Assembly: GCF_006345805.1 (NCBI RefSeq)
Contig: NC_042997.1
Coordinates: 87,048,001-87,112,000, forward strand
Direction: 5' to 3'
Length of the DNA stretch: 64,000 nucleotides
DNA from: Octopus sinensis
Taxonomy: Eukaryota
Position 1 is the stretch's first letter. Each line of letters begins with the position of its first letter. A model generated the notes under the pieces. That model saw nothing but the letters and a program-made list of their open reading frames with translations. It ran no database searches and was not told where the DNA came from. Of this stretch, positions 13,060 through 25,960 are shown one piece after another. The position numbers and the translations under genes are program-made.

Positions 13060-14424
13060 TACTAAGCTTAATTCTACATTTAAGAAATATCTTTTGTAGC
13101 TCAGTTAGAGTGGACTGGCGTTGCTCACGAACCATTTTTTTTTAACTTCATGAGATTGATAAATTAGTATAGAAAAGTGAGTAGCAGAAAAAAAATATTA
13201 TAGTCAGGCAGGAGGCCTGATCCAAATGCTTGCTACAAAATAGATTCTAGTGAAGATAGTTAAAGGACCACGGTGGTATCCAACTAAGTGTCACGTTAAG
13301 TCTTACTTGTGATAAGATGGGATCTTTCCTTTTTTGAGTCCTCAATTCCTGGATAGGGACACTAGAGTTTCATACGGTGTGGCTTAAATATTTTAAAGTT
13401 GGTGAAGCCTATTTTCTCTGGATTTGAACGCAGCTGATTTCTTCCAGAGAGAGAGAGAGAGTGGGGGAGAGGGAGGGAGAGAGGGAGGGAGAGAGAGAGA
13501 AGAATTGGCCCCGGTGCTGATAGTTTATTTATCGACACTGAGAGGATGAAATCGCGATGAGAATAAAATTAAGAACGCAGATGATCGGAATGACTATCAC
13601 ATGACCATTCTATTCAACATTCTAAAGTCTCTGGCAAGTCGCTACCTAATGTTATCTTGTCCAAGTGTGTATAGAAGAAAGAAACAAAGATTTGTCTCTG
13701 ACTTGTTCTCATGCCACAGAAACCATTTACGAGCACCAGCACGAACCAAGCGAACTGCAGAATTGTATGAATGGAAATTTTAATGATATTTAAAAAAAAT
13801 TAATTTACGAGTAGTACTTGTCAGGCAAGTGATTTGATCTGAAACCGTGTGTTGAAAGTAAGACAATTACTACGTGGGAGACACATTTTAGTCATTCAAA
13901 AGACACAAAGGCTGCTAACTTCACTTAAACGTTTATTATTTGGTACAAAAAGTTTCGTTGCACCAACTGCGACCTTGTCATTGACGCAAAAGTTTAGAAT
14001 ATTTATTAGTTTAACAAACGCATTATATGCAGATTTTTCGTTTGAATAGTTTACATAATATTGTCACTCTCTATAGACACAACCAAATAAGCACAAACAT
14101 AAACCAAAACTAGATTAGACCTTACAGGAAAAACAAAACCAATCTTACTCCCAATAATTCTTCTTTCCTTGATTATTTCATACCACATCTTTCCATTTTT
14201 TTCATACGTTTTCGTATCTTTATTACTATAAAGTCAGCATCATTCCATTTTACAAAGTCGATTTTTATATACTTTGTTTTTAATATAAGTTTATAATATA
14301 AGCCTTTTCTTCATTTTTCTCTGTGGTGCGCACTGTCAGGAGAGCGTATGTATCTGTATGTAAGTATACATGTTCGTGAAAAGCAACACATAAAATCATA
14401 AATAAATGCGTGTGGCTTAAATTA

Positions 14425-14452
14425 ATCTATCTATCTATCTATCTATCTATCA

Positions 14453-14518
<66 letters not shown>

Positions 14519-14612
14519 ATCTATCTATCTATCTATATATCTATCTATCTATCTGTCTGTCTGTCAGTCTGCTTGTCTGTCTCTCTGTCTGTCTGTCTGT
14601 ATGTTTGTTTAC

Positions 14613-14711
<99 letters not shown>

Positions 14712-14712
14712 C
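14425..14712. repeat. (TATC)n / (TGTC)n microsatellite
   Basis: Direct sequence. Confidence 0.95.
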
Positions 14713-14733
14713 ATGTATGTGTACATGCATATA

Positions 14734-16022
14734 TCAGGTCATCCCATAAGTTCTGTCCGATTTTACCTTTTTTAAAAAATTGAATGAAATTTAATAGTAT
14801 TTTAGAATGTCTAATGGAATTAAAAATTATTTTTATGCATTTGTATACATTTAAACTAATTAAATATTATTTTATAGAATAATAGAATTAAAATTTCTTT
14901 GATTGAAACCCTTTCTAATATGGAAGTATCCACAGAGCATTTAAGGTACATGATGCTTTACGAGTACAAAAAAAGGAAACTCTGCAGCCGAAGCAACTCG
15001 AAACATACACTCAGTTTATGGGAAAGAATGCTTGAATGAAAGAACTTGCAGAAGATGGTTTGCAAAGTTCAGAAGTGAAGATTTCAGCCTTGAAGATGAA
15101 GATCGAACAGGACGTCCAGTTGAGTTTGATGATAAGCTCCTTGAGGCATTACTTGAAGAAAATCCTGCATTATCAGTTGAAGAATTGGCAATAAAGCTTA
15201 GTTCAAACCATATAACTGTTCATCTTCATCTTCAACAACTTGGAAAGGTTCCTAGACTTGGAAAATAGGTGCCTCATGAATTGTCCGAAAGCAACCGCAA
15301 ATCCAGGTTCTCTCCATTCTCTTCTCTCTTCCCTCCATTCTCGCGAACTCAGTTCACCCTTTTTGGATAGACTTGTGACTGATGACGAAAAATAGATCTT
15401 CTATTGAAATGTTAAACGTCGTAAACAGTGGTTTGATAAAAGGGAAAAAGCTCAATCACAACCGAGAAGGGATCTTCGTGGAAAAAAGGTTCTTCTGTCT
15501 ATCTGGTGGGATTGCAAAGGAGTAATTCACTTTGAATTGTTACCACCTAATGCAACAATCAATGCTCAGGTCTACTGTTAGCAATTAGAGCGTTTGAACC
15601 AAGTTTGAAGAAAAAATGACCCGCTTTAGTGAATCGAAAAGGAGTGATGTTTCATCCGGACAATGCTCGACCCCACACTGCAAAAATCGAAGAAGATCGA
15701 AGAGCTTTGTTGGGAAAAAATTCCTCGTCCACCTTATTCTCCTGACCTTTCTCCTTCAGACTACTATTTGTTTCGTAGTTTACAGAATCATTTGGAGGAC
15801 ATAACTTTCGCAAGCCAGAAGGAGGTCGAAACTGACATTTCAGAGTTGTTCGCTTTGAAACTAAAAAGAGTTTTACATTGATGGGATTAAAAAGCTTGTA
15901 AATAGGTGGAAAGATGTCATAGATAATCAGGGAAAGTACATTGATGATTAAATTTCAATTAAATATAACATTTGATCACTTGTTTTCTTTATTCAAAATT
16001 CGGGCAGAACATATGGGATGAC

Positions 16023-16026
<4 letters not shown>
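14734..16026 (+). mobile_element. Full-length mariner element (1293 bp)
   Basis: TIRs tcaggtcatcccataagttctgtccg / cgggcagaacatatgggatgacctga, TA on both sides, canonical size of about 1.3 kb. Confidence 0.95.
14920..15951 (+). pseudogene. Mariner transposase, disrupted by stops and frameshifts
   Basis: MEVSTEHLRY...GNSAAEATRNIHSVYG...TCRRWFAKFRSEDFSLEDEDRTGRP; WVPHEL with W mutated to TAG; DNARPH; YSPDLSPSDYYLF; ends YIDD-TAA. Confidence 0.92.
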
Positions 16027-16066
<40 letters not shown>

Positions 16067-16933
16067 TACATACATATATATATATATATATATGTATACA
16101 CATATACATTTGTATACACATTCTTACATACATATATATATGTATGTAAGTAGGTAGGTATGTGTGTGTATGTGTATGTATGACAGTGTAAAAAAAAAGA
16201 AACAGAACTATAAAATTAAAGAAGTGATATGCCAGCTGTCATTTTTGAGCTACATGTAAGTCGACTGTCATATTTATTTATTTATTTGGTTTAATCCGGT
16301 CGAAACACTTATAATAATTGTTTTATATGTTTCAATACTTTACACCTATAATACACACAAAAGAAAACAGGGGAAGAAAAAGAGGAAAAGTGTTACATTT
16401 TTTACCTTCTTCCATTCCATGCCTCTAAGCCAATAGGAATATGTGTTTGTGAGTTCATGTGCTTTTATGTATGCATCTGTGTGCGCGTGTTGTGCGTTGT
16501 GTGTGTAAGTATGTATTGGCGTAGTGCCCTGTCAAAAGTGATGGGATATATTTCTGTATTATTTGATAATTATTAACGTTTCTACTTCAAACTTTGCACT
16601 GTTTTCTTCTGGTGTTTCATTTTGTCTTCTTTCTAGTTATTTTTTTCTCTCAGGCATTGTTTCTCTTTCTGCTTTTGATTTCTTGTTGCTGTCTGGCAGC
16701 ACATCTTTTTCTCTCCAATTCACATCGAACACTTGCGATAATATTCGGCTTCTTTATGCAATTCGAAGATGATCAGTTTCTCTGTTAACGAAAATTATTG
16801 AGAATTTCTCCACCAGGTTGACTTGTAATTACCTGTTGAATAGTTAAAATATCATCTCCACACTTCCTTTTGCGCTTTCACTCTCTGAATATCCTTCATT
16901 ATAATTTCTTCTCTTCTTTTCCATTTATATATT

Positions 16934-17306
16934 GTATCGACGATTGTACATAATATGAACAAGATTTAAGCACATATCAAATCTGAAGACCCAGGAATAA
17001 AGAGCACTGTCATCAATAACAAAAGATGTAAAACCTTTGAAGAAACGGAAAGTCTTCTTTCTGTTTGGGTTGTTAGGTGGAATCGTCAGCGTGCTACTAT
17101 TAGTCAACAAATCATTCAAGAGAGCGTTGTCTTTCTTTGAATAAAAATATCCAGATGGGAAAGATGTAGAGTTCAAGGCAAGTCAGGGATGGTTCATGAG
17201 ATTTAAGTGCAGAACAGGGAATGGTTATTATCAGTTTAGCCTAGAGACAAGTTAATTCGACTTAAGTCGTCTCATGGAACCAATGAACGACGTAGGATGA
17301 GGCATG
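16934..17306 (+). mobile_element. Tigger-like fragment: CENP-B-type HTH coding part fused to the right terminus
   Basis: HIKSEDPGIKSTVINNKR...ETESLLSVW...ISQQIIQE...VEFKASQGWFMRFKCR, then a Tigger-like end cgacttaagtcg...gaacgacgtaggatgaggcatgcttg-TA. Confidence 0.7.
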
Positions 17307-17318
17307 CTTGTATATATA

Positions 17319-17394
<76 letters not shown>

Positions 17395-17789
17395 GTATAT
17401 ATATATATTATATATATATATATATGTATATAAATATATATGTATATATATACATACATATATGTATATATATATATATATGCGTGTGTGTCTCTGTGTG
17501 TATAAATTCTCTGTCTTATCGTTAAAGGTATGAAACTGAGTATTAGTATTTTGGTCGATAAACGATGATAGTTTCCTCCCATTTTTCCCTCTCTCTTAGA
17601 GTAAACCCGAATAAAATCTTTATTCCCGGACCAGAAATATGCAACTACCAGAAGATGGTTACATATCCTATCTTTTCGTGGAAGAAGGTTTATGTTCCTA
17701 TAACCTGTGTTAATTCTGTAACTCTTTAAAATGGAAGATAAGAAAGTTCATTTTCGGCACTTGATGCTTTGGGAACCAAACAAACATTG

Positions 17790-18025
17790 CTGAAGAGTAA
17801 AGTCTTTACTCGCTGAAGAGTAAAGTCTTTCTAGCATGGAAGATTATGTCCTTATCTTGTATACTAATCTCTATAAATTCGCTTGCGAAGGTGAGTAGGG
17901 CTTTATCTACCAGTTCCTTAGAGATGGAAACATAGAAATCTACAATATCAAACTGTGTAAAGACTCGCTTTATTCTTATTCCTGATAACTTTAAACCAGT
18001 CAACGACTTCTATACTATTGGACCA
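17790..18025 (-). pseudogene. Penelope-like RT fragment
   Basis: VVDWFKVIRNKNK..FTQFDIVDFYVSISKELVDKAL..FASEFIEISIQDKDIIFHARKTLLFS; contains a 19-bp direct duplication (17789-17807 / 17812-17830). Confidence 0.8.
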
Positions 18026-18738
18026 TTCTACTAAGATAGTAGTGCATGTGCGTATAGAGATGTGTACATGAACACAATGATGTGTAAATGGGCACATATA
18101 CATGTGTATGTAAGTGTATGCGTGCATGCATCTATATATGTGTGTATGTTTACATGCATATATATATATATATATGTGTGTGTGTGTATGTGTGAGTGTG
18201 TGTGTGTATGTATACGTGTATGTGAGTATGTAATCTCAAGGAGCATGCCTCGGCTTAGTATATATATATATACATACACAATACATACATACATGCATAC
18301 ATACATACACACACACATACGTGTGTGTGCGTGTGTGTTTGTGTGTGTTAGTAACATCAAATAATATGAATTCTTTCTTCCAGACAAGCATGCTAAGTAC
18401 TCATGTGGAACTCTTTCAAACGTTAGCAATTTTCGAATTGTTGCCTGCGGATATCTGTCGTGTGGAAAACCCTCTCGCTTTTACCATTTCTTTCTGCTTG
18501 TGTGTGCGTGTATATGTGTGTGTTGAGTGACTTTTTGTGCGTGCGAGTGTCTGTTTGTCTGAATATGTGTGGATATCTGTAAATGTTTTTGTCTGCCTTA
18601 TATACTTAAAATTTATATACTTGAGCGTGTATCTATTTATCTATTTTCTAGCTACCTGTCTGTCTGTGTCTGTGTTTCTGTCTTTGTTTTTCTTTCTCTC
18701 TCTCCCTATCTCTCTCACCCTCCGCTCTCTCCCTCTCG

Positions 18739-18779
<41 letters not shown>

Positions 18780-19012
18780 ATAAAGGATCGTGGATAAGGT
18801 CAAAACAATGCGAAGTAAATGCAAGGTAATTGACAAGAAAACAAATATATGTGAATTAATGTAGACTTACCTTGTATTCAATATTTCGAAGTAATGACCC
18901 CATTTTCAAGAAATAGACGAATGTTGCCGATGTGCGTGTGTGTGCGAGTGTGTGTAGAGTGGACATGTGGGAAAAGTGATGCTATAGCAACCAGCTAGCT
19001 TCCTGATATATA

Positions 19013-19051
<39 letters not shown>

Positions 19052-19379
19052 GATTACGGCTACCTCAGGTTATGGAATTGTAAAGTATGACCACTAATTT
19101 CAGGATACGGCCTGTAATTTCGCTCTTACCTACCTATATACATACATATATATATACATACCTATTTACGTACGCACCTACCTACATACCTACCTATCTA
19201 CCTCCCTACTTACATATAAACATGCATACACATAAATTCATACACACATATTGTGTATATGTACGAGTGTATCATTATAAACACATACAGAATGGAATTT
19301 TTCACTGTGAATGATTGTGTGTGTATATTTTCTTGGGTCTCAATGAGTAACTATGTATTTAGTGAGAATTTAATAAATA

Positions 19380-19965
19380 AATAAATAAATAAAGACGAAG
19401 ACGGGTATGTATACAACAAACAGATGCATTAGTTTAACGCTCGGAAAGTGAGAAAGTCTTTTACGTTTCAAGCCTACGCTCTTCGATAGACAGGAACACA
19501 GAAATAAACAGGGATAGAAAAAAAAGGTTTAGTGGCTATCATGGCGAATGTCGGACAGAGGGGTCACACGGGAGATCTAGGAAGAAGGGGAGATAATAAA
19601 GTAGGGGTGCTCCCAAAACGAAGATGTGCGTGCGTGTGTATGTGAGAGCGTGTATGTGCGTGTGGAAGGGGGCTGGTGACCTTGATGTGTGCGTGTGTGC
19701 ATGTGGAGGTGTTGGATGATGGTGTGGCTGCTAGAAAGTGGTCAGTGCTTGTATCGCGTGTAAAAAAAGCTGGTAGTCTAGCTCTCAACAAATTAAATTA
19801 TAGGAAAATAGTAAGCTAGCGTAGTATGTAGAATAAGTATATAGTTCTGTATTTAGTTTATAATGTGGTTTGGAGTTAAGTAAGCTAATTGGTATGTAGG
19901 AAGGTTAAAGAAGGGAGGTAATAGGAGGTTAAGTAGGTTCGCTAATAACATTTAAAATACTTGGA
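19380..19965 (-). mobile_element. PLE-type 3' UTR/terminal repeat fragment with HHR-like motif at 19456-19491
   Basis: A/C-rich minus strand; GUCU-AUCGA-A-GAGC-GUAG-GCUU-GAAA-CG-UA-AAAGAC resembles a minimal HHR with a mutated CUGANGA box. Confidence 0.5.
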
Positions 19966-19969
19966 TAGT

Positions 19970-21510
19970 GATTTGGCCTAAATATTACTATAGAAAAGGA
20001 ACATAATTCCATGAACTACTTAGACGCTAACTGCAACCTAGCCACGGGACTACATGAACCCTACATAAAACCAAATACAAACCTTAAATATATAAACGCA
20101 CCGAGTAACCATCCAAACTTTATTAAAAGAGGACTGGTACAAAGCATGAGTAAAAGAATTTCACGCCTCTCTTCCAACCAAGATATATTTAATAAGTATA
20201 AGGAATTCTACAATAGCGCATTACAAAAAGCAGGTTATAAGCAAACAATTAAATATCTAGACTTAGAACACTATATAAATAATAGGAATAACATAAATGC
20301 CCAAGACAATTATCATAACAGTAACTATACTCCAAATGACACTAACAACCATAACAACAATATGAACAACATTAATAAAATTAACAGTAATAATAACAAA
20401 AAAAAAACAGTAGGAATAATGATAAGTTTCAAACTAAGATAACTAGCAACATTAAAAATGATAACAAAAGTAATACCAACAATGTGAAAATTAATAATAT
20501 TAAGAATACTAATATGACTAACAATAAAAAATTTAATATTAATAAGAATAAAAATAACGCACTCCAAAGAACCAATATAACCCCAGTTAAGAATGATTAT
20601 ACCAAGCTATTTAAATTAAATAAACTGTACAGAAATAACCCCAATAAAACTGATAGTAATAATAATAAAAATAACTACAGAAATATATATAATAATCATA
20701 ACTATAACTTTACACTCTACAAGAATACTGAGGACAGATTCTACACCAAAAATAATAACACAAAAAAAAAAAAAAAGAAATAGTGATGAAATCTGGTTAA
20801 TAATGCCTTTCGCGATGCAGCTTAAAACTAACAAAGTATATTCCATAATGAGACTTATAGACAAGCACTTGAACTTAAATAACAAATGCTCTGAAATCTT
20901 TAAGAATAAAATTAGAGTTGGCCATAGCTTAACTAGTAACCTGGCTACTATCATAGAGGCCTTCTATGAAACTAGGAAAAAATAACAACATAAAATATAG
21001 CAACCAATCGACGATATAATAAATTTCACCCCTAACAGCTCGTCCTCAAATAACACGGACAACGACCTGATAAATAATAACCCCCCTCAACACAACACGC
21101 GCACAGATAAATTTAATAATTTATGTGGCTGCAGAGATGAAAGCAAATGACAATTCTCTATATCGTACAGATTCTAGACATAAACTTTACCCTTATATTA
21201 CGGCTTCCATTGAAAATATACAAACTAACTTATAAATTAGTGCCGCATAGGTCCATAGAACTACACCGGGTATCTCCAGTAGCGATAACTCCCTCGGATT
21301 ACACCGGCGGTCAACTAACCAAACCTACGGATACGTGTAAGCTATGTTAGTAACTAATTATGAGACCTTAGATTCAACTAACTCTCTTCTCATCTATCCT
21401 ACAACTGATTTATCGAACTTTGAGCTATCGAATTATTGAATATTTTCTTTTTCATGTTTTTTCCTTCCACTTTCTTTCTCATTGTTATTTATTTCTCCAT
21501 TTTCTCATCG
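19970..21510 (+). pseudogene. 5'-truncated Penelope-like element: RT thumb, Asn-rich insert, linker, deleted endonuclease, 3' tail to (TA)n
   Basis: GLNITIEKEHNSMNYLDANCNLATGLHEPYIKPNTNLKYINAPSNHP...SKRISRLSSNQDIF; IWLIMPFAMQLKTNKVYSIMRLIDKHL; LCGCRD. Confidence 0.8.
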
Positions 21511-21530
21511 TCTTTATATATATATATATA

Positions 21531-21880
21531 TACCGGAGTAAGCCCATATATGTGAAACCAGGTGGAAAAAAGAGTACTCAAATACCAGAGGAGTAATATG
21601 CTTTATTTAAAAGCAGCAGAAATATAACAAAAGCTGTTACTCAGAGTTTTACGTCCCCGTTCGTCGGACAGCTTTGTTAAAATAGAACAGAAATCACAAT
21701 GTGATCAAAACTAGTTAAAGGTTATACCTTTAAAAATGAATTTGTTTCATTGGTCCTTTCAAATAACGGTCTTAAGCATGCGATAAACAAAATAAATGAA
21801 TTCAATATAAATTATAAATTATAAAAATCGAGGAAAAACCTTAAATCGAAGAGCGGATTCAAAATACATATTGTCATTAA
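21531..21880 (-). mobile_element. Short non-coding HHR-tail-(TA)n element, family P, copy 1
   Basis: About 110-nt tail (aataaagcatattactc...ggtatttgagtactcttttttccacc...tactccggta-(TA)n) shared with 31050-31128 and 53125-53205. Confidence 0.75.
21633..21672 (-). ncRNA. Hammerhead ribozyme motif, family P (U4C; G12A in this copy)
   Basis: GCUGU-CCGACGA-ACG-GGGA-CGU-AAAA-CUCUGAG-UA-ACAGC. Confidence 0.6.
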
Positions 21881-21939
21881 TTATATATGAAATATAATTC
21901 GATTACGCAAACTAAACCATCAATATACATATATACATC

Positions 21940-22090
21940 AAAATACACTGATAGATGCACACAGACCACATACATATGCAGACATATAAATGCAAGACGT
22001 AAACATAAACCCAAATACACTGATAGATGCACACAGACCACATACATATGCAGACATATAAATGCAAGACGTAAACATACACCCAAATAC
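21940..22090. repeat. 72-bp tandem duplication
   Basis: Unit aaatacactgatagatgcacacagacc...gacgtaaacata(a/c)accc occurs twice with one difference. Confidence 0.9.
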
Positions 22091-22929
22091 ACATATACAT
22101 ATATATACGCAATCTTGCCCGCATGCAAAAATCACTTGGTGTATACATATAGACTAGGAGTAAAACGCAGAGAGGGGGGAAGAAAAAGAAAAAGAAAAGG
22201 TAACGATCTTATAAGCAACAGATAGCTAAAGAAGTGAGTAAGAGAAGGGGTGGGGCTTAAAGTTACAGGACTCTATACGAGTAACGAATAGGGGGAGAAA
22301 AAATATTTTTCCGTAACGAAAGTAGGAAGAAAGAAGTCTGAATATGCGTAACGAACGTTCACAAAATAAAATTACGTATACATGTGTATATAAAAGTGTA
22401 TATTAGTAGTAAATACGCATATATGAACACATATATAAATATATAGAGATAAGTACGTAAATACACATCCAGACAAATTCAAGTGAATACATGCATACAT
22501 ATACATCCATGTATGTATGTGCATAAGTATAAACATACATGCTTACTTACACATATACATAGGCCCATACATACGAATACATATGCATGCCAACAATACA
22601 AATATTCACATAAAAACATGTCTAGGTCATGACAACATTATTTTTAAAAATTGCTGACTACATAATAATAAAATTTAGATAAAAGACATGCAAAATAGAA
22701 CACCCAATATCGAATTATCTATAAATTAAACGATTAAAATGGGTTTATAAAATACAATAAAATGAAATAGAATAAAAGCAGAATCCTAAACAAGAAAATA
22801 ATATTTGTATATAACAGTCGAAGGTTTTCCTTAAGAAATATGTGGAAATATATACAAAAACTTTGCGATGCGGAATAAATCATGCATAATACGAAACAAA
22901 TCCATCAGTGTGATTAAAAACTAGTCCAA

Positions 22930-23548
22930 GAATAAAAAATATACGCTATCCATATGGGATATTGCTAGTTGACATTTTAAATTTAGCTGTGTGTCTGCAG
23001 GAATTCAAGAGTTTGCTTCTTTGATTTAAAGAATTATTTAAAAAATTATTGTCCTGGAATAAAATAAAATATTTTTCCAGTAGGCATAAATTGCACTTGA
23101 TAGTTCTTTTATGTGCACCGTGCCTGTCCGGTGCAGCTCTATCCAAATAACTCCATGTCACGTTGAAAGGTCGGGTTTCTTTTTTTTTTAATTCCCAGAC
23201 ATATTTCGCCAGGCTGGTTTTCGTCCTATTTTCGAGGTATCTAGAGGAATTTTAATGCAAATAGAATCGGGTTTTAAAAGAATTTTCAGAAGCCACTGTA
23301 TAAGTTCTATATTCTCGTGAGCCTTCTATCTGCACCTTGGCTCTATATATGATTCCTTTCTCCAGACTGTTCCCTTCCAATGGACAGGAGAACCTATCTT
23401 TGAAATTAAATTTTTTTAAGAGAATCGGCACTATGGTTATTATCAATTATCCTACTCCTGTGTTGGTTAACTAAAGAGGTCAAGTTTCTACAGCAAGAAT
23501 CGCTGATCTTAAGCGTTCTTGTATTAAATATTCTATAAAACTTATATC
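22930..23548 (-). pseudogene. Penelope-like GIY-YIG endonuclease region, 5'-truncated
   Basis: [35 protein letters not shown]...YTVASENSFKTRFYLH...SLAKYVWELKK...CNLCLLEKYFILF...NSLNQRSKLLNSCRH. Confidence 0.85.
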
Positions 23549-23549
23549 T

Positions 23550-23815
<266 letters not shown>

Positions 23816-24305
23816 ACTTCACCTTATGTACATTTAGTATTTTCTAGAAGAAAAACTGGTTTTCGAGTGTACAATTCTTTAGTCATTTTTAGGTTACATA
23901 TTCATTTATGCTTCAAGACGATTTGTGCGCGCGCGTGTGTGAGTGTGTGTACATGCGCGCAATTGAGAAAACTTATGATAAAAGTCCTTGCAGTGTTAAC
24001 ACCATTTCTTTCTTATACAATGTCGCTAGGAATACATTAGCCTTATTTAAAAGCATTGACGTGTTGAACAGGGTTTTTATTTGACGACTATTTCTCACAG
24101 AGTCTACTTTATTACAGTCATTCGGAGCAGGTATCTAGTCTAACGTTCTAACAATAACTTCTGACTTTGCCTTGTTCTCTTTCATCCACCACAGTCTCAG
24201 AGTCCGAGTAAAATTGCCATGAGTGATATCTTTCCGCTTCTGTCAAACCCATGAAACAAAATGGGAATGAATATGTGGTAAAATAAGAAATACTAATTAT
24301 CCCTG

Positions 24306-24745
24306 GCAAGGCGGCGAGCTGGCAGAATCGTTAGCACGCCGGGCAAAATGCTTAGCAGCATTTCGCTCGTCTTTACGTTCTGAGTTCAAATTCCGCCGAG
24401 GTCGACTCTGCCTTTCCTCTTTCTGGGGTTGATAAAATAAGTACCAGTATAGCATTGGGGTCGATGTAATCGACTTAACCTCTCCCTCGAAACTACTGGC
24501 CTTGTACCAAAATTTAAAACCAGTATTAATTACACCTAGTAAGGCGGCAGAATCGTTAGCACACTGGGCAAAATGCTTCGCGGCATTTCCTCTGTCTACA
24601 TGTTCTGAGTTCAAATTCCACCGTGTTGGATTTTGCCTTTCATCATTTCGAGTTCGATAAACTAAATACTAATTGAACACTGGGGTCGATATAATCAACT
24701 TAGACCTCTCTTCAAGTTACTGGCCTTGTGTCAAAATTTGAAATC
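24306..24745 (+). mobile_element. Two tandem SINE family B monomers
   Basis: Heads ggcggcgagctggcagaatcgttagc (24310) and aaggcggcagaatcgttagc (24541), each with the Meta-like core. Confidence 0.85.
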
Positions 24746-24914
24746 AATATTAATTAGGAGTAACTAGTGGTAATTAAATCCAACATATTAAGATCGATTA
24801 ATGAAAACTAACTGTCTTCAAAGACAGGTTTAGACGACGGAAAAGCCAATGGATTCTAAACAATCATTTGTCAGTTGTTGGAATATTCTACCAATGAACA
24901 AAAAATACTAATAA

Positions 24915-25135
24915 TAATCCTTTCTTCTATAGGCACAAAGCCTGAAAATTTGTAGGTGGGGGATAGTCGATTGCATTGACTCCAGTACTCAACTGGTTCT
25001 TATTTTATCGACCCCGAAACAATGAATAACAAAGTCGATCTCGACAGAATTTGAACTCAGAACGTAAAGACGGACGATATGCCGCGAGCATTTTACCCGG
25101 CGTGCTAACGATTCTGCCGGTTCACCACCTTAACA
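24915..25135 (-). mobile_element. SINE family B copy
   Basis: Family consensus on the minus strand. Confidence 0.85.
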
Positions 25136-25749
25136 ACGATAATAATAGTGATAATAATAATGCTTTCTTTATCATTCACAAAGGCTGAAAAAAGAACGAA
25201 GACTGTACAATACACAACAGTGTAGGATCATATAAAAAAAAACAGAACTTATAAACAAGGAAAATAACAAATAAAAAATCATAAACAAATTTTCTAAAAG
25301 CGGAGGGAGCCCTCCGGTAACTACAAGCGAGAAGTCCACAAAAGCCACGATCACTCAGACCAGTAAATCAAGTGCCTTCTACCAGCTGTCCTCCAATAGA
25401 CAGGTCCATGCTCAGCGCAGGCTCGTACACTTGGACTGTGCCTAGCACTTCCATTCACTTTTCAACAAAATTAGCTGGGAGGCACCACTTCTGTTTGCAC
25501 CCTTATTTCCGATTTGAAGTGAAACTTCAAAAAGTTAATAAGGGCTATCTCAGCGAGGAAGGTTCCTATTTTTAGTCCTTACACTCTCATCTATCACAAA
25601 ATGTCTTTCGCCAAAGCTACAAACTTTGTTGGCAGGGTGATGTTCTGCTACATCGATCTCAATGCTCAACCAATACCTATTTTATTGACCTCGAAAGGGG
25701 TGAAAGGCAAAGACAACTTCAGTGGAATTTGAAATTAATAATAATTGTT

Positions 25750-25960
25750 TCAAAATATTGGCTCAAGACCAGCAATTTTGATGAGGTGGGGAAGTCGATT
25801 ACGTCGACCCCAGCGCTGAATTGGTGCTTATTTTATCGACCCTAAAAGGATGAAAGGCAAAGTCGACCCATGCGAAATTTGAACTCAGAAGGGAGAGACG
25901 GACGAAATGCGGCTAAGCATTTTGTTCGGAGTGCTAAGCATTTTGCTGGCTTGCTGCCTT
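25750..25960 (-). mobile_element. SINE family B copy
   Basis: Family consensus on the minus strand. Confidence 0.8.

Noticed and set aside
17789-17830. CTGAAGA-containing 19-bp direct repeat that looked like a hammerhead
   Set aside because: It is the antisense of PLE RT codons (ARKTLLFS), locally duplicated; no GAAA box.
24214-24280. Good polypyrimidine acceptor (ttctctttcatccaccacag) suggesting an exon
   Set aside because: Stops in all frames and weak donor; cannot support without RNA data.
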